A stretch of DNA of 64,000 nt from Nibricoccus sp. (lineage in GTDB: Bacteria > Verrucomicrobiota > Verrucomicrobiia > Opitutales > Opitutaceae), in NCBI GenBank assembly GCA_047602425.1, contig JASGHG010000001.1, forward strand, positions 2,464,001 through 2,528,000. The letters are read 5' to 3'. Both the position numbers and the translations under genes were made by a program. This document shows positions 60,538 to 64,000 of this stretch, piece after piece. Position 1 is the stretch's first letter, and every line of letters begins with the position of its first letter. The notes below the pieces were generated by a model. It did no database searches. It was not told the origin of the DNA and worked only from the letters and a program-made list of their open reading frames with translations.

Positions 60538-61731
60538 TCATTGTTTTTGGCTCCCGTTTTCCTGCTTCAAGACGGTCACGGCTGTGTCCGCCAAATAGCT
60601 GATGTGGCGATCGTCCAGTCCTTGATGAACAGGCAGTGTGAGGAGTTGTTGTTTCAGCCGGCAGGCATCGGGAAACGACGACCAATCGATGCCATTGCGA
60701 TGGAACCCCGCCCACCAAGGATAGGCCGCGATACCTCTTGCTTGCAGCGCTTCCACGCTGGCGTCGCGGTTGGCTACGGTGAGTGGAAACGACAGCGGAC
60801 AAACGCTATCCGGCAAAGTTCGATAAACGGGCGTCATTCCTTCAATTCCGGAAAAGGCCTTGCTTAGTTGAAGAAAATTGGAGCGGCGCCGGCGGACGAT
60901 TTCCTGCGGCGAGAACGAACTGGCCAAGGCAAAGGTCGCGGGTTGTATCGCGCGGTCGGCATGGATTCCCGGATCGAAGTAGTAGGACTCGGGCATTTCA
61001 GGCCGAGCGGTTTCGGGCTCCTGTCCATTTCGGCCATTGCGTCGATTTAGGCTCGAAAGAAGCGATCCATACAAACCGAACCATTCTAAAGAATCGAGAA
61101 TTGCCGTCTTTGTGGAAGATTTGATCTCGGTTAACAGGCTGGAAAGCCCTGCCGGGGTCAGACGAGGATTGCGATCGACGCGGGTTCTTGGAAGTGAGAG
61201 CAGACCGCCGTGCGCGAAGCCCAGGGTTTTGGGCAGGCTGTAAATTGCGGCGTCGCCCATCCGTCCGATCCTGTTCGATTCGCCATTGCTGAAGAGTGCG
61301 AGGGCGCAGTCCTCGATGAGAAGCAACCCCTGTTCGTCGCACCAACGTCGCAGGTCGGACATCGGCTGTTCCCAACCAAAATAGTGAATGATATATACAG
61401 CGCGAGTGTTGGGAGTTTTTCGAGATATGAGATCGGCAAAATCGATCCGGCAGTCGGCTGAGACGGAATAGCCCTTGAGTTTTGCGCCAGCATGGACAAG
61501 GGCGTCGAGTTCGGTTCCGCAATTGTAGGCCGGCACCAATATTTCCGAACCAGGTGGCAGGCCTAGTAGTTTGCAGGCGAGGGCGATGGCTGAACGCCCG
61601 CTGTAGGTGCCAATCAAATAGCGGTCGCGAAACTGATCGTGTTGCAGAACAGCGTGACGGGACGGTTGGAGTGCACGAAACCAGTGGTGCAGACTGACTG
61701 ACGGAGCGCCGCAATGAAGTGCGTTTTTCAC
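60538..61731 (-). CDS. DegT/DnrJ/EryC1/StrS PLP-dependent aminotransferase
   Basis: SGR.AI, ILVPAY.C, IHYFG, IEDCA.AL, YSL.K PLP lysine, LTLPVHQ. The GTG at 61731 overlaps the GNAT stop (GTGA). Confidence 0.85.
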   Translation of the reverse strand: MKNALHCGAPSVSLHHWFRALQPSRHAVLQHDQFRDRYLIGTYSGRSAIALACKLLGLPPGSEILVPAYNCGTELDALVHAGAKLKGYSVSADCRIDFADLISRKTPNTRAVYIIHYFGWEQPMSDLRRWCDEQGLLLIEDCALALFSNGESNRIGRMGDAAIYSLPKTLGFAHGGLLSLPRTRVDRNPRLTPAGLSSLLTEIKSSTKTAILDSLEWFGLYGSLLSSLNRRNGRNGQEPETARPEMPESYYFDPGIHADRAIQPATFALASSFSPQEIVRRRRSNFLQLSKAFSGIEGMTPVYRTLPDSVCPLSFPLTVANRDASVEALQARGIAAYPWWAGFHRNGIDWSSFPDACRLKQQLLTLPVHQGLDDRHISYLADTAVTVLKQENGSQKQ

Positions 61732-62969
61732 AGCGTGTGTCGGATCCAGAAGGACCACAGCGTGTGCTGCAGCGCAGGAATTTTGGGCGCGAGGCGAACG
61801 AAGAGCACTTTGTAGTAGGCGAAGTCGAGAAACGAGGAAAACGCCTTGTAGAGGCGAACCCGCGCGCGTACTCCGAAGCCGCGCCGAATAAACTGCACCG
61901 TACGCAACGGCCACTCATGGGCTCCATGGTGAACTTTATATCCGTAATGACCACGGCCTCCCTCGATCGTGTTGAGACCTTCTCCAATCGCGGCCTCGAT
62001 CATTTTCACCAAGCCCATCGTGCCCAAACTGAAACGATCCCACTCGGCGTTTCGCACACGCGCCGGCAACCGCCAATAGACAGTGCGCCCATGCACGAAA
62101 CAATATTGGGAGGAAATAACCTTCTCGTCAGCGAGGATGCGATAAAAGCGGACTTTACCCTGACTGCCGAAGGCTCGAATGAGTTCCCGGTTGAATTCGT
62201 GGGCGTGTGGCCAATCGCCGAAGTGGCCGAGTTTTCCGTCTGCACGCCACTGGTGTTCGTGCTCGCGGCAAAAATTCTCGAATTCGGTGGCGATCGTTTC
62301 CGGCGCGCCGACCGAGTCGAAGCTGACGCGGTGCGCTTTCGCGCTTTGCTCGATCATCCGCTTGAAATTGCTCCGCTGTTTCTTGTCCAAATTTTTGAGA
62401 TAATCGGCGAAATTATCCGGGAGCGCGAAAATGCTGTTGCAGGTGTCGCCCACAGCTTCCGTTTCGCCGACCAAGGTTGGATTTTGGAGGCCGGCCGCCT
62501 GCAAATCTTCTATGTGGGCGCCCGAGCCCGCGAGCGGGCCGAAGAGAAGAACGTCGCAGCGTTGCTTGCCAACGAAGTATTGCACGCTCTGGCTGGCCAC
62601 CGCTTTGACGAAATCCGGTAGCACGGGTAGATTGCAAAGAGTTAGGCTATAGTCCGCGCCGACCAATTTGGCGGCGCGAATCCAGACTGGCCCCAGCCAA
62701 AGCGTTTCGATAAAAGCGGGGACGATGCCGACCAAGTCTTCACCGGCATAGAAAAACAGAAGATGGAGGGAACGCTTGGTTCCGTAATATTTCCACCAAA
62801 TACTGCACCACTCAAAGGTTTGATACACGTCCGCGCCGGAGCGGGCGACGAGATCGTTCCACGCGGTGCGGTGCGGTTCTGCCTCGGAGAAGGAGTGCAG
62901 AAGTCGTACGGAAAGCTGTTTTTCCGGGGAAAGCAGGTGGGTGGTCTCGGTGGAATCCATGGATTTCAT
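61728..62969 (-). CDS. GNAT N-acyltransferase (CelD/BcsL, FemAB-like two-domain type)
   Basis: W..L......YQT.EW...W, LVGI.P, LP..F.DYL..L.KK.R, SLG, G.G...YK motifs. The ATG at 62969 overlaps the GT2 stop (ATGA). Confidence 0.8.
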   Translation of the reverse strand: MKSMDSTETTHLLSPEKQLSVRLLHSFSEAEPHRTAWNDLVARSGADVYQTFEWCSIWWKYYGTKRSLHLLFFYAGEDLVGIVPAFIETLWLGPVWIRAAKLVGADYSLTLCNLPVLPDFVKAVASQSVQYFVGKQRCDVLLFGPLAGSGAHIEDLQAAGLQNPTLVGETEAVGDTCNSIFALPDNFADYLKNLDKKQRSNFKRMIEQSAKAHRVSFDSVGAPETIATEFENFCREHEHQWRADGKLGHFGDWPHAHEFNRELIRAFGSQGKVRFYRILADEKVISSQYCFVHGRTVYWRLPARVRNAEWDRFSLGTMGLVKMIEAAIGEGLNTIEGGRGHYGYKVHHGAHEWPLRTVQFIRRGFGVRARVRLYKAFSSFLDFAYYKVLFVRLAPKIPALQHTLWSFWIRHTL

Positions 62970-63970
62970 CTGATGGCTGCTTGTGGGCTGGCCGGTTTCG
63001 CCTCGGTCTTTTTTGCGGTCGGCAACCAGACGGGCCAGAACAGTCCTTTCAAGTGAACAGCCAAGATGCCGAAGCGTCCGCTGATCAAACCTTGTTGGGC
63101 GGTTCCTTTGGCGGTATGGACTAGATCGAGGGCGAGTCGCAGCGGCAGTCTCAGCAGGAACGCAAATAACAAAACAAGGTTGCCGCACCAAGCGGCGAGA
63201 AAACCGCGGCGTTTGTGCAGGACCAGCATCGGGGACATGGACTCCATGATTCGCGGGGCGCGTCGCGTTTGATTCGAAGAGAAGCGATGGAGATGGATGA
63301 TCGTGGCTCCGGGGAAATAGACGATGCGCCAACCGGCCTGCTTGATGCGCCAGCACCACTCCTCGTCCTCGCCATACATGAAAAAGTCTTCATCGAAACC
63401 GCTGGTCGCGGCAATGACCTCACGACGAAGGACCATGTAGCAACCGGCAACGACATCGACATCGGTGGGCTCGGTGAATGCGCGACCCCAGTAGCGCCCG
63501 TAGTTGAGTCGTTCGTTGTTGACCGAGCCGAGTGGCAGCAAACGAGTCATGAACAGTTCCAGCGGATCGTTAAAGCGATAGCAGCTGGTTTGGAAAGTTC
63601 GATTGAGGAATTCGCAGCGGCAGCCCATGGCGCCGATTTTGGGCTGGTCGTCCATGAAACGCACGGAAGCAGCCAGCGCGTTTTCGAGCACCACCGTATC
63701 ATTGTTAAGCAGCAACACATAGCGACCTTCGGCAATTGCAAAGGCTTGGTTGTTGGCCGCCGCGAAACCGCGGTTCTGCTGATTCTGCACGATCCTAACC
63801 TGCGGGAAATCGCGTTGCACCACCGCCACGGACTCGTCGTGACTCGCATTATCCACGAGGATCACTTCGAAGGAAATGCCCTGTGGGGTACCGTAGATGG
63901 ACGCGAGGCAATTTCTCAGAACGGTCAGTCCATTCCAATTTACGATGACGATGGAGAGATCGAGGGACAT
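62966..63970 (-). CDS. Glycosyltransferase family 2
   Basis: SIVIVNWN, VDNAS.D, N.GFA.ANN, LLN.D, G......R, FDE.FFMY.ED.E.C.R. Confidence 0.92.
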   Translation of the reverse strand: MSLDLSIVIVNWNGLTVLRNCLASIYGTPQGISFEVILVDNASHDESVAVVQRDFPQVRIVQNQQNRGFAAANNQAFAIAEGRYVLLLNNDTVVLENALAASVRFMDDQPKIGAMGCRCEFLNRTFQTSCYRFNDPLELFMTRLLPLGSVNNERLNYGRYWGRAFTEPTDVDVVAGCYMVLRREVIAATSGFDEDFFMYGEDEEWCWRIKQAGWRIVYFPGATIIHLHRFSSNQTRRAPRIMESMSPMLVLHKRRGFLAAWCGNLVLLFAFLLRLPLRLALDLVHTAKGTAQQGLISGRFGILAVHLKGLFWPVWLPTAKKTEAKPASPQAAIR

Positions 63971-64000
63971 TGAGGACGGAAGGAAAAGTGCGACGGGTTT

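Noticed and set aside
1..64000. CRISPR arrays, tRNA/rRNA, transposases, integrases
   Set aside because: No regularly spaced direct repeats, RNA-gene signatures or transposase/integrase motifs were seen. The repeats present are protein-level (TPR, hexapeptide, NRPS paralogy).

Overview
Almost the whole window (about 2.4-64 kb, mostly minus strand) is one large cell-surface locus, probably from a Verrucomicrobiota/Opitutales-like bacterium (inferred from the VPDxG-type sorting signal). It has three parts. (i) An exosortase/PEP-CTERM module: a sigma54-driven VPDSG-CTERM protein, prsR, prsK, a prsT-like TPR lipoprotein, an exosortase and an outer-membrane beta-barrel. (ii) A Wzx/Wzy exopolysaccharide gene set: flippase, polymerase, GT2 and GT4 glycosyltransferases, a UDP-sugar dehydrogenase, a DegT-type aminotransferase, and pyruvyl, acetyl and GNAT transferases. 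(iii) Embedded among these, a full hybrid thiotemplate assembly line: a DH-FkbM-FkbH-ACP loading protein, an aminomalonyl-ACP-type cassette (Ser A domain, ACP, two dehydrogenases), a KS-AT-KR-ACP PKS broken by a single-base frameshift near 33513, a C-A(Ser)-T-C-A(Gly)-T-TE NRPS whose TE has a Cys nucleophile, and an Sfp-type PPTase. Also present are a second NRPS, C-A(Thr)-T fused to a Vat/CatB-like left-handed beta-helix acyltransferase, and an AsnB/NadE-like/acyl-AMP ligase/ACP cassette. The best candidate for an undescribed system is NRPS/PKS machinery that decorates the exopolysaccharide or surface glycan rather than making a free metabolite; this is an inference. The window begins with an oleD-like gene and ends just upstream of a GT2 gene, so the locus probably continues beyond 64 kb. 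No rRNA, tRNA, CRISPR array or mobile element was recognised. All calls come from reading motifs by eye; no database search was run.
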